Assembly: GCA_039679715.1 (NCBI GenBank) | Contig: JBDKUM010000235.1 | Span: forward strand, 1 to 53,177 | Source: Phycisphaerales bacterium | Lineage (GTDB): Bacteria; Planctomycetota; Phycisphaerae; Sedimentisphaerales; UBA12454 | Direction: 5' to 3' | Length of the DNA: 53,177 bases | Part shown: positions 39,168 to 49,566 of the stretch, one piece after another | How positions within the stretch are numbered: position 1 is the stretch's first letter | How the letters are laid out: each line of letters starts with the position of its first letter | Program-made: the position numbers and the translations under genes | Notes under the pieces: model-generated | What the model saw: the letters and a program-made list of their open reading frames with translations, nothing else | Databases searched by the model: none | Told to the model about the DNA's origin: nothing

Positions 39168-40211
39168 TTACTGTTCTTCTTTTTTCGGTAATCTGTCTGC
39201 TCCGAGTTGGCCGCAGGCGGCTTTAATGCTTTGGCCTCGGCGGAAACGAATTATAGTTTCAAAACCTGCCTGCATGAGCATATCCTTGAAAGTTTTAATC
39301 TGGTCACGGTCTGAAGGCTGGAAATCGGAGCCTGGGTGCGGATTGTATTCGATTAGATTAATGCCGACCTTTAACGGTCTGACGAATTGGATGAGTTTAC
39401 GTGCTAAATCGAAGCCATCGTTTACGCCATTGATCATGCAATATTCAATCGTGATCCTTCGGCCTGTTTTTTCGTTATAATATTTCATTGCGGCGAGCAA
39501 TTCTTTCAGCGGATATTTATTTGCGGCGGGGACGATTTCTTTTCTGATGTTTTCGTCTGCGGAATGAAGTGAGACAGCAAGGCGCGGAAAGATATCTTCA
39601 TCGGCTAATTTTTTTATACCTTCGGGAATGCCGACGGTTGAGATTGTCTGTCTGCGGAAACCAATTTGTTTGCCGATATCGGAGGCGAAAATCCGGACAG
39701 CACGCAGTGTGTTATCGTAATTTTCAAGAGGTTCGCCCATGCCCATGTAAACGATATTGTTTACTTTGCATTGAGCGTCGACGCAAATTGCGGAAACTTC
39801 ATCAATAATTTCGCCGGCATCGAGATTTCGTACGAAGCCAAGGGCGCCTGTAGCGCAGAATTTGCAGCCAAGGCGGCAGCCTACCTGGGTTGAGACGCAG
39901 ATAGTTTTTCTGCCATTCTCATCGAGAAGCACTGATTCAATTTTATTGCCATCGGGAGTTTCAAAGAGGTATTTAATGGTGCCGTCAGGGTCGGAAAGTT
40001 TGTCTTCAATTTTGAGCCTGGTTATGTAATAGCCATCGTCAATGAGCCTTTTACGCATATCCTTTGAGAGGGTGGTCATCTGGTTGATGTCGTAGATATC
40101 ATGCTGATGGAGGTAGGTAAATACGTACTTTGCAACGTATGCCTTGCCGCCATATTCGGCGATTAGCTCTTTAATTTCTTCCGGTGTCTTTGTTTTTAAA
40201 TCTTTGTCCAT
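39168..40211 (-). CDS. rlmN: 23S rRNA/tRNA methyltransferase RlmN
   Basis: STQVGCRLGCKFC, MGMGEP, SLH and AACGQL motifs; start MDKD at 40211. Confidence 0.93.
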   Translation of the reverse strand: MDKDLKTKTPEEIKELIAEYGGKAYVAKYVFTYLHQHDIYDINQMTTLSKDMRKRLIDDGYYITRLKIEDKLSDPDGTIKYLFETPDGNKIESVLLDENGRKTICVSTQVGCRLGCKFCATGALGFVRNLDAGEIIDEVSAICVDAQCKVNNIVYMGMGEPLENYDNTLRAVRIFASDIGKQIGFRRQTISTVGIPEGIKKLADEDIFPRLAVSLHSADENIRKEIVPAANKYPLKELLAAMKYYNEKTGRRITIEYCMINGVNDGFDLARKLIQFVRPLKVGINLIEYNPHPGSDFQPSDRDQIKTFKDMLMQAGFETIIRFRRGQSIKAACGQLGADRLPKKEEQ

Positions 40212-40217
40212 CAATAT

Positions 40218-40246
40218 AATATAGCGATTAAAAGCCGAATGTTCAA
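40218..40246 (-). promoter_or_regulatory. Sigma70 promoter, probably giving a leaderless rlmN mRNA
   Basis: TTGAAC-17-TATATT-6-ATG, no SD. Confidence 0.6.
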
Positions 40247-40347
40247 AGAAAAAACCCTTGAGCAATTAAGTAAAATAGCATTTGACTATATGCAAATGAT
40301 AAGTACAATTTTGAGATAATTTTACTTATTTAATGGAGTATTACGTA

Positions 40348-41724
40348 ATGGATCCGAAGATTTTTAAAGCGTATGATATTAGAGGCATTTATCCAGACCA
40401 ACTGAATGAGGATGCGGCATGGAAGATTGGTAACGCGACAGCATCTTTTTTGCGGTCAATGCTAAGAGGTTACGACAGGGGGCTGGCTAACAGGCAGAGC
40501 CTTGTGGTTGGCTATGATATGAGATCGCACAGCAAGGGTTTGGCTGAAGCGTTGATAAAAGGCATGAATGCGGCAGGTGCGAATGTTATCGATATCGGCA
40601 TGATTGATACTCCACAAATTTATTTCGCGATTAATCACCTGGGGACATGCGGGGGCGTACAGGTTACAGCTTCACATAACCCGGCGCAATATAACGGTTT
40701 TAAAATTTCGGGGCTTGAGGCAAAACCAGTCGGTGAAGATACGGGCTTGAAAGAAATCAAGCACATAGCAACGGCTCTGCTTCATACTTTGGGCAATGCG
40801 GAAGGGCCGGTTGAGAAAACTGATTTAACAAAGGCTTATAAAGAACATATCCTGAAATTCATAGATGGAAAAGTTAAACCTATGAAATTCGCGATTGACG
40901 CCTCCAACGGCATGGCGGGCAAGATGGTACCATTGATTTTCGAAAATTTAGGGATAGAAATTATAAAATTGAATTTTGAACATAAGGGTGTGTTCAAGCA
41001 TGATCCTAATCCTTTGGTTGAAAAAAACCTTGATCAACTCAAGAGTACAATAAAGAAACGCAAAGCGGATGTCGGAATTTGTTTCGACGGGGACGCTGAC
41101 CGGTTAATAATGGTCGATGAAAAAGGACAGACGATAGGGTGTGACATTCTTACATCGCTAATGGTTCCTTACTTTTTGAAAAAATCGCCTGGTGCGGCGA
41201 TAGTTTATGATTTGAGAAGCAGTTGGGTTGTTCGGGAAGAGATATTAAAATACGGCGGTGTGCCCAGACGCGAGAGAGTAGGGCATTCATTCATGAAAAA
41301 GACACTGCGGACGGCAAGGGCTATTTTCGGGGGCGAATTGAGCGGCCATTTCTATTATCGCGATAATTTCTTCGCAGATTCAGGAATGATTACTTTCGCT
41401 CACATGATAAATATTTTAAGTTCTTCGGATGTGCCGGTAAGCGAACTGGTAAAGCCGCTGAGAAGATATTTTGCAAGCGGTGAAAAGAATTTCGCGGTCG
41501 AAGATAAAGAAGCGATGATGACCGAATTGAAACGTAAATTCAGCCAGGGAGATACGGACGACCTCGATGGTATTACGGTGCAATTCAAAGACTGGTGGTT
41601 CAATTGCAGGCCGAGTAATACGGAACCTTTCTTAAGGCTAAATATTGAGGCAAAGACAGAAGAACTTTTGGAAAAACAGGTTGCTGAAATGGAAAATATT
41701 CTGGGCAAACCTGTAGAACACTAG
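40348..41724 (+). CDS. Phosphomannomutase/phosphoglucomutase
   Basis: FKAYDIRG, TASHNP, FDGDADR, GELSGH and RPSNTEP motifs. Confidence 0.93.
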   Translation: MDPKIFKAYDIRGIYPDQLNEDAAWKIGNATASFLRSMLRGYDRGLANRQSLVVGYDMRSHSKGLAEALIKGMNAAGANVIDIGMIDTPQIYFAINHLGTCGGVQVTASHNPAQYNGFKISGLEAKPVGEDTGLKEIKHIATALLHTLGNAEGPVEKTDLTKAYKEHILKFIDGKVKPMKFAIDASNGMAGKMVPLIFENLGIEIIKLNFEHKGVFKHDPNPLVEKNLDQLKSTIKKRKADVGICFDGDADRLIMVDEKGQTIGCDILTSLMVPYFLKKSPGAAIVYDLRSSWVVREEILKYGGVPRRERVGHSFMKKTLRTARAIFGGELSGHFYYRDNFFADSGMITFAHMINILSSSDVPVSELVKPLRRYFASGEKNFAVEDKEAMMTELKRKFSQGDTDDLDGITVQFKDWWFNCRPSNTEPFLRLNIEAKTEELLEKQVAEMENILGKPVEH

Positions 41725-41751
41725 TCAGCTGTTTTTTAATGCATGTATGCA

Positions 41752-41864
41752 GAAAAATGGGTACCCCGCTTCGCTTATGGGTTTCTGCTACGCTACAACA
41801 GGCACATATAAATTATTCGCTAAGTGCGTTGAACGAATAATTTAATGAGCCAGTCCCCATTTTT
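41752..41864. repeat. Family B element carrying a ~33-bp insert
   Basis: gggtac[cccgcttcgcttatgggtttctgctacgctaca]acaggcac...gagccagtcccca. Confidence 0.75.
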
Positions 41865-41923
41865 CCTCGATGCGCGGCCGTCTTGGCGGCGGCTAAACGA
41901 TGTGGAATGCACGCCCAATTTTC

Positions 41924-43294
41924 TTACTTATCAAAAGGCATTTTTACTCCGCCTGTAGGTGTAACTACAGTATCGGTTTTGTTGGCCGGCGGCTGTGGCT
42001 GCTCAAGTTCCATTCTACGGCAAATAAGGCCTTCGGTTAATCGTGACCTGTCTCCTTCGATTACCATAGCATACGAGAAATTTGATAAAACTCTTGTAAT
42101 TTTTATTTGCGCAACGTGCTCTTCGATATTTCCGAGCGATTCTTTTGTGTCATAGTCAAAAAGTTCAGTTCCGCTGCTTAAGACCTCAAAAGTTTCCAGG
42201 TTATTTATTTCTGCGGAACCTTTGTTTATTATCAACATCCCATTTGGCAGAATTTTAGTGATTTTTGCGGGATAAAGACCTTCGGCGATGGTTTCCACAA
42301 TCGGTGAAACAGCCAAATTGATCAATTGTTCGGTGATCTCTGAATAGTCAACCCTGTCATTTCTCCATTGCGGCACCAGCCGCTGGACATCAGCATTGTA
42401 TTCCAGCCAGATATTTACAGAATCTGAATACTTGATTTGTCCTGAAGCGGCGACAATCAAGGAATAATCCAATTTGATTTTCGCCTCATGTTCACAACTG
42501 CATTGGCCGATAGACTGCAAATATTTTATATCAACGGGTATTTGCGCTTCATTAAGGGTAATGGTAAGAAGGTAATCGGCACCGAGGAGATTTCCAATCT
42601 TTGCTTTGTCTTCAAGTGAGCCATCGGCACACCAAATTAATTCTTTTTCAAGCAAAAGTTTGTCAACGTACTGTCTATCAAGAATAGCGAATTTATTTGC
42701 GGCATTAAGTTTTGAATTTAAGGCCTGTGTAATGAGATGGCCTATTTTCTTATCTTTAAGCTTTATTCCTCGCTGATGAGTTTTTTTCTCAAGTTCTTTG
42801 CATTCAGGGGCGGTGTATTCAATATTTCCAAAATAAAATTCATGCTGATCAATTTCGGGGGGCATGACTGCAATTCTTATTCTGTTGTTTTTTTCGGGGG
42901 TCTGATAATCGTAAATCCAGGCTTTAACTTTCACCTGCCAGGTGTTTGGATCTATTTTCGATTCCTCAAGAATCTCGTAAGTTTTTATCAAAGCCCTGAT
43001 TTCAGTTTGCGGGGCGGTATGGTTTGCTCTTATTGAAACCACATCGAGGCCGACTTCTTTGCCTCCGGATGGTGTCTTTTCAACATCGGCTATGACGGAT
43101 TCATAGCGGAAAGATAATTCTTTTGAGTTGACGTTAATGCCTTTTGCTCTTGCCACAGCCTCAAAGATGGCTTTTTTTATTGCTTCTTCCCTTGTGGAAG
43201 CAACGCCTTTGCCTTCCTGAATAATCTCTTTTGTTTCAGCATAAACCTGAAGAGAAAATACGATACTCAACAATAATATAGTTAATTTTTTCAT
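41924..43294 (-). CDS. Secreted CsgG/HfaB-like protein with FlgT-like flanking domains
   Basis: GKGVASTREEA N-domain; KFAILDRQ..E and GNLLGADYLL; DTKESLG C-domain. Confidence 0.7.
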   Translation of the reverse strand: MKKLTILLLSIVFSLQVYAETKEIIQEGKGVASTREEAIKKAIFEAVARAKGINVNSKELSFRYESVIADVEKTPSGGKEVGLDVVSIRANHTAPQTEIRALIKTYEILEESKIDPNTWQVKVKAWIYDYQTPEKNNRIRIAVMPPEIDQHEFYFGNIEYTAPECKELEKKTHQRGIKLKDKKIGHLITQALNSKLNAANKFAILDRQYVDKLLLEKELIWCADGSLEDKAKIGNLLGADYLLTITLNEAQIPVDIKYLQSIGQCSCEHEAKIKLDYSLIVAASGQIKYSDSVNIWLEYNADVQRLVPQWRNDRVDYSEITEQLINLAVSPIVETIAEGLYPAKITKILPNGMLIINKGSAEINNLETFEVLSSGTELFDYDTKESLGNIEEHVAQIKITRVLSNFSYAMVIEGDRSRLTEGLICRRMELEQPQPPANKTDTVVTPTGGVKMPFDK

Positions 43295-43313
43295 AATATG
43301 TTCCTAATATCAT

Positions 43314-43925
43314 TTACCATGCGACAGTTTTGTTAGAACCTCGTTTGCCAATCAGCACTTCATTTTGCCAGAATCTAAGACCTGTTTTAAGGTTTGTAAC
43401 TTTCAACTCAAAATAATATTCAACCTGTTGTTTGTGTTTATCATAAGTTAGATTTCGCTGGAAAATTTTACCAGTCATACTTAATTCAGGAGCAATAATT
43501 TGTCCTTGTTTCGGAAGAGTGTCCTGGTTAAATTCCTCCCCCCTTGAAGAGTCGCGAACATCCCTCAATCCATAAACAGTATCATCGCGGTTAGAAGCTG
43601 TGCCTCCGACAGCGGAAGTCATGACAACAAGGCCGCTATTCATAAGGTCTTTTTCGATTTTTGCTGTGAGCTGCTCTGTATCGATTCGCTGCATTGTGTC
43701 GTTAATAATAACGCCAGTGGAAAGCACATATCTACTGCCATCGGTTTTGGCAAGTACTCCCGATTCAATCAGTGATTGTATGCATTGACTGGCTGCCTGG
43801 TCGAAATCCCTGTAATCAAGCGACATGACCTGTTTGCCCTGATCGTTGACGGTGTCGATTCTCTGGACATCATTACAACCGGTTACCATAAGAGGTATAA
43901 CAAACAGAAAAAAAAGTTTTTTCAT
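43314..43925 (-). CDS. lpoB: Penicillin-binding protein activator LpoB-family lipoprotein
   Basis: Lipobox VTGC; INDTMQRIDT; YYFELKVTNLKTGLRFW. Confidence 0.75.
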   Translation of the reverse strand: MKKLFFLFVIPLMVTGCNDVQRIDTVNDQGKQVMSLDYRDFDQAASQCIQSLIESGVLAKTDGSRYVLSTGVIINDTMQRIDTEQLTAKIEKDLMNSGLVVMTSAVGGTASNRDDTVYGLRDVRDSSRGEEFNQDTLPKQGQIIAPELSMTGKIFQRNLTYDKHKQQVEYYFELKVTNLKTGLRFWQNEVLIGKRGSNKTVAW

Positions 43926-43940
43926 TTTACAATCCTTTCA

Positions 43941-44384
43941 TTAATTTGGTGTTGGTCTTGTATTCATTCTGAAATCGACAGCATCCCGTGATGGGGCAAC
44001 GGTTTTGAAGCTGAAAATGCTTCTTGATTTTGCGAAAATCGTATTCCAAACGGCTGCCTTGGAATCAACGCTAATTCCATTTGCATCAATCCAATCGACT
44101 TTGTAATCGAAGCTTTTATTGTAGACAGCACGGTTGTGGCCTGTTACCTGTATTTCGAGAAAACCGGCTTCATTTTTGAAAACTTTGACATCTTTCAAAT
44201 CTATTCCATACCCGACTAATAAGGTAAATGCGCCGTAAACAGGACGTGTTAAAATATTATCAGCGAGGGTGCTTCTGGATACGCCGCTTGATACGGTTAC
44301 CCTGTCATCTTTGTATGGTTCGTTGCAACCATTAAGAAGAAAGACAGAGGTGGTATAAAATAATAGCAGAAAATACTTTTTCAT
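43941..44384 (-). CDS. YcfL/DUF1425-family lipoprotein
   Basis: Lipobox LNGC; YKVDWIDANG; APSRDAVDFR. Confidence 0.75.
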   Translation of the reverse strand: MKKYFLLLFYTTSVFLLNGCNEPYKDDRVTVSSGVSRSTLADNILTRPVYGAFTLLVGYGIDLKDVKVFKNEAGFLEIQVTGHNRAVYNKSFDYKVDWIDANGISVDSKAAVWNTIFAKSRSIFSFKTVAPSRDAVDFRMNTRPTPN

Positions 44385-44408
44385 ACAGATACTCCTTAAA
44401 AACGTTTT

Positions 44409-45794
44409 TTATAATGGGATTACATTGTAAATTGGTTTTGTATTTTTGTTAATAATTTTTATATAAATAATAGTTTTTTCCGAATCGGGCAACTCGATAT
44501 CGAAAGGCTGGCCATTAAAGGGCGTTATTGTAATTGTTTTATTCTGTGGTATGTCAAATTGGGCAATCTGGAATTCTTTGGGTAGTGCAGTCCAAATCCT
44601 TACATCAGCGGCAGTTGTAACAAATGAATATGCCGCAATCATGATAGTGCCAACTGTGGCGGCGGTAGAATCCTGCTGTGAGACGGCATATTGAGCAACG
44701 GCTTTTGCTGTCGCTGAAATAATTGTTCTTATCAGTATAATTTCAAAATCCTTTTTGAATTCACTTTGTATGATTTTTTCCATATCACAAACAACAGCTG
44801 TCTCGTACATATTTGCATCAGCATTGATTTGTAAACAGGAAAATGCAATATCTCTGTTTGTAAGCTTTGGCAGAGCTATACCAGCATAAAGAACTCTGGA
44901 AGTAGCAATAAAAAGCGGTAAATCAATTCTGAATTCATCCTTTACAGGGCCTAATCCATTTTCATATATAACCCAAACAGAATTTTTCAAAACATCCTGT
45001 TGCGAGAGTAATTCATCAGTTTTCTTAAATTCTTCTTCTACATATTTATTTGCGGGGACAAGGCCATGGGTTTCTTTTAACAAATCCCTGGCAATTGCCG
45101 GTTCTCCAACAGAATTAAAATAAATAGAGGCGACGTAGGTGACAAAAGGATTGATGTAATCTTTGTAAGGCTGATATTCGTTAAGCTGCGGGTAATTCTG
45201 ACACAAAGCTTTTTGAAAATTGTTGCTATCGATGCTTTTTTGAGCCAGGTTACTATATGTCGCTTTGTTGATGTTTTCCTTTTGCTTGCTAATTTCATTT
45301 TCAAATTTTTCTTTTGTTCTTCGAAGGCGGTCGATTGCCCTGTTGAATTCGACGCGTGCTAAATCAGATTTTTTTTCACAAAGAAAATTGAGGGCTTTGT
45401 ATGTATTTGTCATGACTCCATCGTATTCGGCGCCTTTATAAGGCATGATATTATCGTTTACAGCGACAGCAGAGATTTCATCTCCAATGGATGATCGGGT
45501 ATCGTAGTATTTCAAATGATTTTCGGCATTGTCAAAGAATTGGGTGCTGGCATTGTAATCCTGTAAATCTCTTTTTATGGAAGCTGCCTGCAAAGCCCAA
45601 AGCAAGTCTTCTCCTGAAGGATTTTTGCCTTTTTTGATTTTTGTTTCGGCGAAAATAAGAGCTGAATTAAAATCCGAGGCCTCGTAGTACTTGTTGAAAG
45701 CTATAAGCTGTTCTTTGGGGATATTGCATCCGCAAATTGCCGGCAACCATGCGGCCGCAAGCAAAATCATAAATCTCCTAAGCATTCTGCTCAT
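44409..45794 (-). CDS. COG3014-type helical lipoprotein
   Basis: Lipobox ICGC; Y.GAEYD, ARVEFNRA and ADVRIWTALP motifs; usual neighbour of ycfL-lpoB. Confidence 0.75.
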   Translation of the reverse strand: MSRMLRRFMILLAAAWLPAICGCNIPKEQLIAFNKYYEASDFNSALIFAETKIKKGKNPSGEDLLWALQAASIKRDLQDYNASTQFFDNAENHLKYYDTRSSIGDEISAVAVNDNIMPYKGAEYDGVMTNTYKALNFLCEKKSDLARVEFNRAIDRLRRTKEKFENEISKQKENINKATYSNLAQKSIDSNNFQKALCQNYPQLNEYQPYKDYINPFVTYVASIYFNSVGEPAIARDLLKETHGLVPANKYVEEEFKKTDELLSQQDVLKNSVWVIYENGLGPVKDEFRIDLPLFIATSRVLYAGIALPKLTNRDIAFSCLQINADANMYETAVVCDMEKIIQSEFKKDFEIILIRTIISATAKAVAQYAVSQQDSTAATVGTIMIAAYSFVTTAADVRIWTALPKEFQIAQFDIPQNKTITITPFNGQPFDIELPDSEKTIIYIKIINKNTKPIYNVIPL

Positions 45795-45930
45795 TTAAAT
45801 CCATCCTCCATAATATAGTAGAGGTATAATATCATAAAATATATGAATATCAAGGGAAAATCCTCTTGAATATTTTAAAATTTTATATCTAATTTCTAAA
45901 GTAAGCCAAGGTTTGTTTGAAGGATAAATT

Positions 45931-46761
45931 ATGAGATTTTTATTTTTATTGTCGATTGGAATGATGGCTGCGTTTATTTCCGGCGGATGTTCTGTAAATC
46001 CTGTAACGGGTGAGCATCAATTAATACTAGTAAGTCCCGAAGAAGAGAAAAAGATGGGACTGGATTATTCCAAAGAAGTTGAAAAAGAACTCGGAGCAAG
46101 TTTTAAAGATGAGCAACTGCAAAGTTATATCAATTCAGTGGGGCAGAAAATCGCGGCTGTAAGCCATGTGCCGGATTATGGTTTTAACTATAAGGCGATT
46201 GATTCGAATACGGTAAATGCATTTGCGATTCCGGGCGGATATATTTATATAACAACGGGATTGCTGGCGCAGTTGAATAGCGAGGCGCAAATGGCCGGTG
46301 TCTTGGCACATGAGACTGCGCATGTTACAGCGAGGCACATTGCAAATCAAATTACAAGGAGTACTTTGATTAATATAGGCTTAACGGCAGCGAGCTATAA
46401 AGTTCCTACCGGCGGAGTGAAAATCGCGGGTATAGTTGCGCAATTGGAAAGCATGTCTTTTTCGAGGTCACAGGAAAAGCAGGCAGATGAAGTTGGGCTT
46501 GGTTATCTTGTTAAAGCAGGATACACGCCTAACGGAATGGTAGAGACAATGGAAGTTTTGGAACGTCAAAGCCAATCAAGGTCGATAGAATTTTTCTCGA
46601 CGCATCCCAATCCTGAAAATCGTGTAGCTTTATTGAAAGAACAGATATTTAATAATAGGTATCCGACAACGGGCAAGTCGGGCAATGAAGAATATGCGGC
46701 TAATGTAACAGGGAGGCTTAAATCATTAAAGCCGCAATTATTTGAGAAAAACACGCAATAG
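45931..46761 (+). CDS. M48 metalloprotease lipoprotein (BepA/LoiP-like)
   Basis: GCSVNPVTG, NAFAIPGG, HETAH, EKQAD and STHP motifs. Confidence 0.92.
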   Translation: MRFLFLLSIGMMAAFISGGCSVNPVTGEHQLILVSPEEEKKMGLDYSKEVEKELGASFKDEQLQSYINSVGQKIAAVSHVPDYGFNYKAIDSNTVNAFAIPGGYIYITTGLLAQLNSEAQMAGVLAHETAHVTARHIANQITRSTLINIGLTAASYKVPTGGVKIAGIVAQLESMSFSRSQEKQADEVGLGYLVKAGYTPNGMVETMEVLERQSQSRSIEFFSTHPNPENRVALLKEQIFNNRYPTTGKSGNEEYAANVTGRLKSLKPQLFEKNTQ

Positions 46762-47614
46762 TGTGGAGCAGAATGGTCGATTTGCTTAAAGTGAAATAGC
46801 CGTTTTGAGTCAGTTTGTCAGGGTTGGAATCAACGAAGCATTTTAAGCAGGTCAGCATGATTATTACATTCAGGATATAAGATTTAATAAGAATAAAACT
46901 CAAAACGATAATGAATACCAAAGCGGTCTTGTAAAGTAAGGCCGCTTTTTTTATGCCCAGAGTGACAACCAGTGTTCTTTTGTTGACGGCTTTATCCGCT
47001 TTGTAATCAGGGAATTCATTTGCGAAGATTACCTGGAAAATTAAAAGTGCAACTAATAGTGAAGGCAACAAAGGAATCAAATTAATTGTTCCTGTTTGAA
47101 TATAATAAGCACCGTAGACAGGCAGAATGCCGAAGAGAAATCCGATGGTAATTTCACCTGCGGTACGGTAGCCAAGTTTTAGGGGCGGGGCGGTGTAGAA
47201 CATGCCGCCAAGCAGGCCGATGAAACCTAATAATAAAATTAAAATGCTTTTGGTAATTATTACGATAATTAAACCGAGGAGCGAACCACATGCGAAAAGG
47301 ATTAATGAGCCGGTTAAAACTTCTTTTTCGGATAAAAGTTTTTTTTGGATCATCTGGCTGCCGCCAGAATAGGATGAAGGATTCTGGTTGTACCAATCAT
47401 TTTTTGAAAGGCTGTCAAAATAATCATTAATTACGTTTGAGGCCATTTGGAAAAAGGACATTGAAACGGCTGCGAGGATGAATAAGAACATATTGAAATT
47501 ATGGGTGTGCGAATAAGCCAGGGAGGTGCCGAGAGCAATCGGCAAAATACTTGCGGTACAGAATTGTATTCTGACTTCTTTTAGCCACAGAGAAAATTTA
47601 TTTATTTTAGCCAC
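46718..47614 (-). CDS. menA: 1,4-dihydroxy-2-naphthoate prenyltransferase (UbiA family)
   Basis: NVINDYFD, YTAPP.KLGYR..GE and NEFPDYKADKAVNKRTL motifs. Confidence 0.8.
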   Translation of the reverse strand: MAKINKFSLWLKEVRIQFCTASILPIALGTSLAYSHTHNFNMFLFILAAVSMSFFQMASNVINDYFDSLSKNDWYNQNPSSYSGGSQMIQKKLLSEKEVLTGSLILFACGSLLGLIIVIITKSILILLLGFIGLLGGMFYTAPPLKLGYRTAGEITIGFLFGILPVYGAYYIQTGTINLIPLLPSLLVALLIFQVIFANEFPDYKADKAVNKRTLVVTLGIKKAALLYKTALVFIIVLSFILIKSYILNVIIMLTCLKCFVDSNPDKLTQNGYFTLSKSTILLHTIACFSQIIAALMI

Positions 47615-47740
47615 AGAGACCTAAACCTATGAAACCACGAATGAACTCGAATTAACACGAATATAAAATACGAGATAAGCAATGCATGCAGTTTAACAAG
47701 GTGACGCAAAATACAAAACTATATTCTTTTAAATATGAAA

Positions 47741-48085
47741 TCAATATGAGCCGCCGATAATACTATGAAATCCTATCATGAGAAATATAAAGGTAATTAG
47801 CCACCAAATTCCGCCAAGTAAAAAGCCTAATAAAATATTTATTGTGATTTCTTTGAATAACTTCAGTTTGTACAAAGCGGCTATAAAAATAGATGACGCA
47901 AACCAGAATGTAAGACCCATAGAATAGCAATGGATATCGAATACAAGACTATCTCGACTAATTGTCTTTACTCCAATAATATCGATAATAGCAATAATAA
48001 GCAAGAGTATGAACGCAATTGCCAAAAGGACAAATAGAGAATGTTTTATTTTATATTTTTTGTCATTTATGTGGTCGTTTGTCAT
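47741..48085 (-). CDS. Hypothetical membrane protein (3 TM)
   Basis: Hydrophobic ORF with ATGA overlap to the cupin gene. Confidence 0.6.
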   Translation of the reverse strand: MTNDHINDKKYKIKHSLFVLLAIAFILLLIIAIIDIIGVKTISRDSLVFDIHCYSMGLTFWFASSIFIAALYKLKLFKEITINILLGFLLGGIWWLITFIFLMIGFHSIIGGSY

Positions 48086-48573
48086 AGATATTTTTCTATT
48101 AATGCTTTTGCGTCTGGAAATTGCATTATAATCTTATCTTTATCAGCATGCTGGTAATCTGCAAATTCAAATCCGGGGGCGACGGTACAGCCAAGGAGAG
48201 CGAAATTACCGCCGGGAAGGAGTTTTGCAGCCTGCCAGGTGTCTTTAGGGACGATGGCCTGGGGTTTCTGGTTTTCAAGAAAATTTGTTCCAAGGATTAA
48301 TGTTTGCACTTGTCCTGTTTCGGTTATTTGTAACATTTCAACGGGGTCGCCAAAGTGGAAATGGAATATTTCATCACTTTTGACCTTATGCAATTTGGAA
48401 AAGCTTGCAGGCGTAATTAAATAAAGAATCGAGGTGGAAAAACAGCGTTGGCCTTGGTACCTTTGAGGTAGATTGTTTAATAATTCATGGGATCTGTATG
48501 TTTCAATGTAATAGCCGCCTTCGTTTGGAAGGGGAATCATGTTGAAAAATTTAATTATATCTTCTGGAGTCAT
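48082..48573 (-). CDS. Cupin_5 (DUF985) protein
   Basis: EGGYY.ETYRS, TSILYL, SDEIFHFH.G and CTVAPGFEFAD motifs. Confidence 0.9.
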   Translation of the reverse strand: MTPEDIIKFFNMIPLPNEGGYYIETYRSHELLNNLPQRYQGQRCFSTSILYLITPASFSKLHKVKSDEIFHFHFGDPVEMLQITETGQVQTLILGTNFLENQKPQAIVPKDTWQAAKLLPGGNFALLGCTVAPGFEFADYQHADKDKIIMQFPDAKALIEKYL

Positions 48574-48592
48574 TGGAATTACTTGTTTTTAA

Positions 48593-48647
48593 GATTTCTC
48601 GACTTCTTCTGCTTCGCTGAAGCTACGCAGAATCCGGTCGGAATGAC
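48593..48647 (-). repeat. REP-like element
   Basis: gatttctcgact...cggtcggaatgac. Confidence 0.65.
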
Positions 48648-48657
48648 AGGTGGACGG

Positions 48658-49113
48658 TTAATCTTCTTTCAAAACAATGTTATCATATTCGAGTTCGAAA
48701 CGCAGTTTATGTTTGGCTTCCTGTTGGGCGAGAGCGGTAAAAAGTTTTTTAGCTTCAGGGTCGGGAGACTGATTTGCGAGGTCTGTATATAAAGCGAAGG
48801 ATGCTTTTTCTTTTTTCATAGCAAGAGTGATGATGTCCTGATAACTCATATCATCAGAAGGCTTTATATCAACAACATAATCCGCGATCTTTAGATCTAC
48901 TATTTTTCCACCAGTTACAATTGGATTTTTACCTTTCTTTACGTCTTCCAGAATTTTTCTATGTCCCCGCTCTTCAGCAGCGAAATTTAAAAGCACTTCT
49001 TTCATTTCTTTATTTTTAGATTTTGAAGCCAAGGACTTGTAAAAATTAGATGCGTCTATTTCATTGCCTATAGCGAAATCGAGAATTTCATCGAGAATGT
49101 TAATTTTGCTCAT
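48658..49113 (-). CDS. Ferritin-like / rubrerythrin-family diiron protein
   Basis: Duplicated E..A..FY..LA / EERGH and E.AS..LY / QEAKH motifs. Confidence 0.9.
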   Translation of the reverse strand: MSKINILDEILDFAIGNEIDASNFYKSLASKSKNKEMKEVLLNFAAEERGHRKILEDVKKGKNPIVTGGKIVDLKIADYVVDIKPSDDMSYQDIITLAMKKEKASFALYTDLANQSPDPEAKKLFTALAQQEAKHKLRFELEYDNIVLKED

Positions 49114-49138
49114 TTTTGTGCCTTTAAAAAAAATAAGT

Positions 49139-49323
49139 GAACCACTAATAATTCGAAGAATTGAGATTGCCCACCTGAGGCGGGTAATCTTCTTTCTTGC
49201 AAATACCAGAAATTACTGCTCTGTAGAAAAATATATCAAACTGAAAAATGGGTACAGGCACAATTAGCCGCTAAAGACCGCGTCTAATTGAGTCAGTCCC
49301 CATTTTTTCATGACATTTCTACA
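49139..49323. repeat. Family C element with nested family B element (49244-49307)
   Basis: ccactaataattcgaagaattgagattgcc ... gggtacaggcac..gagtcagtcccca ... tgacatttct. Confidence 0.65.
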
Positions 49324-49510
49324 AAACAGAATAATTGTACAATAAAATGGATAAAAATCCAACATTATTATCATTGATTCAAATAAGGCAATTTCTCTAA
49401 ATGCGCAAGAAAATACCCTCACGTAAATTATTCTAAATTATTTTTCATTCTTATTCTACAAGCACTTACGTTCCGAAAGCAAAAATAACCTGCTCTGATT
49501 GATTATTTAT

Positions 49511-49537
49511 GCGCAAGTTCATTGTAAGGGTGGAAGG
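49511..49537 (+). promoter_or_regulatory. Motif GCGCAAGTTC-N4-TAAGGGTGGAAGG, 30 nt upstream of the portal gene
   Basis: Matches 11295-11321 (minus strand). Confidence 0.5.
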
Positions 49538-49566
49538 CAACATAAAACACTAATCGGAGATTATAA

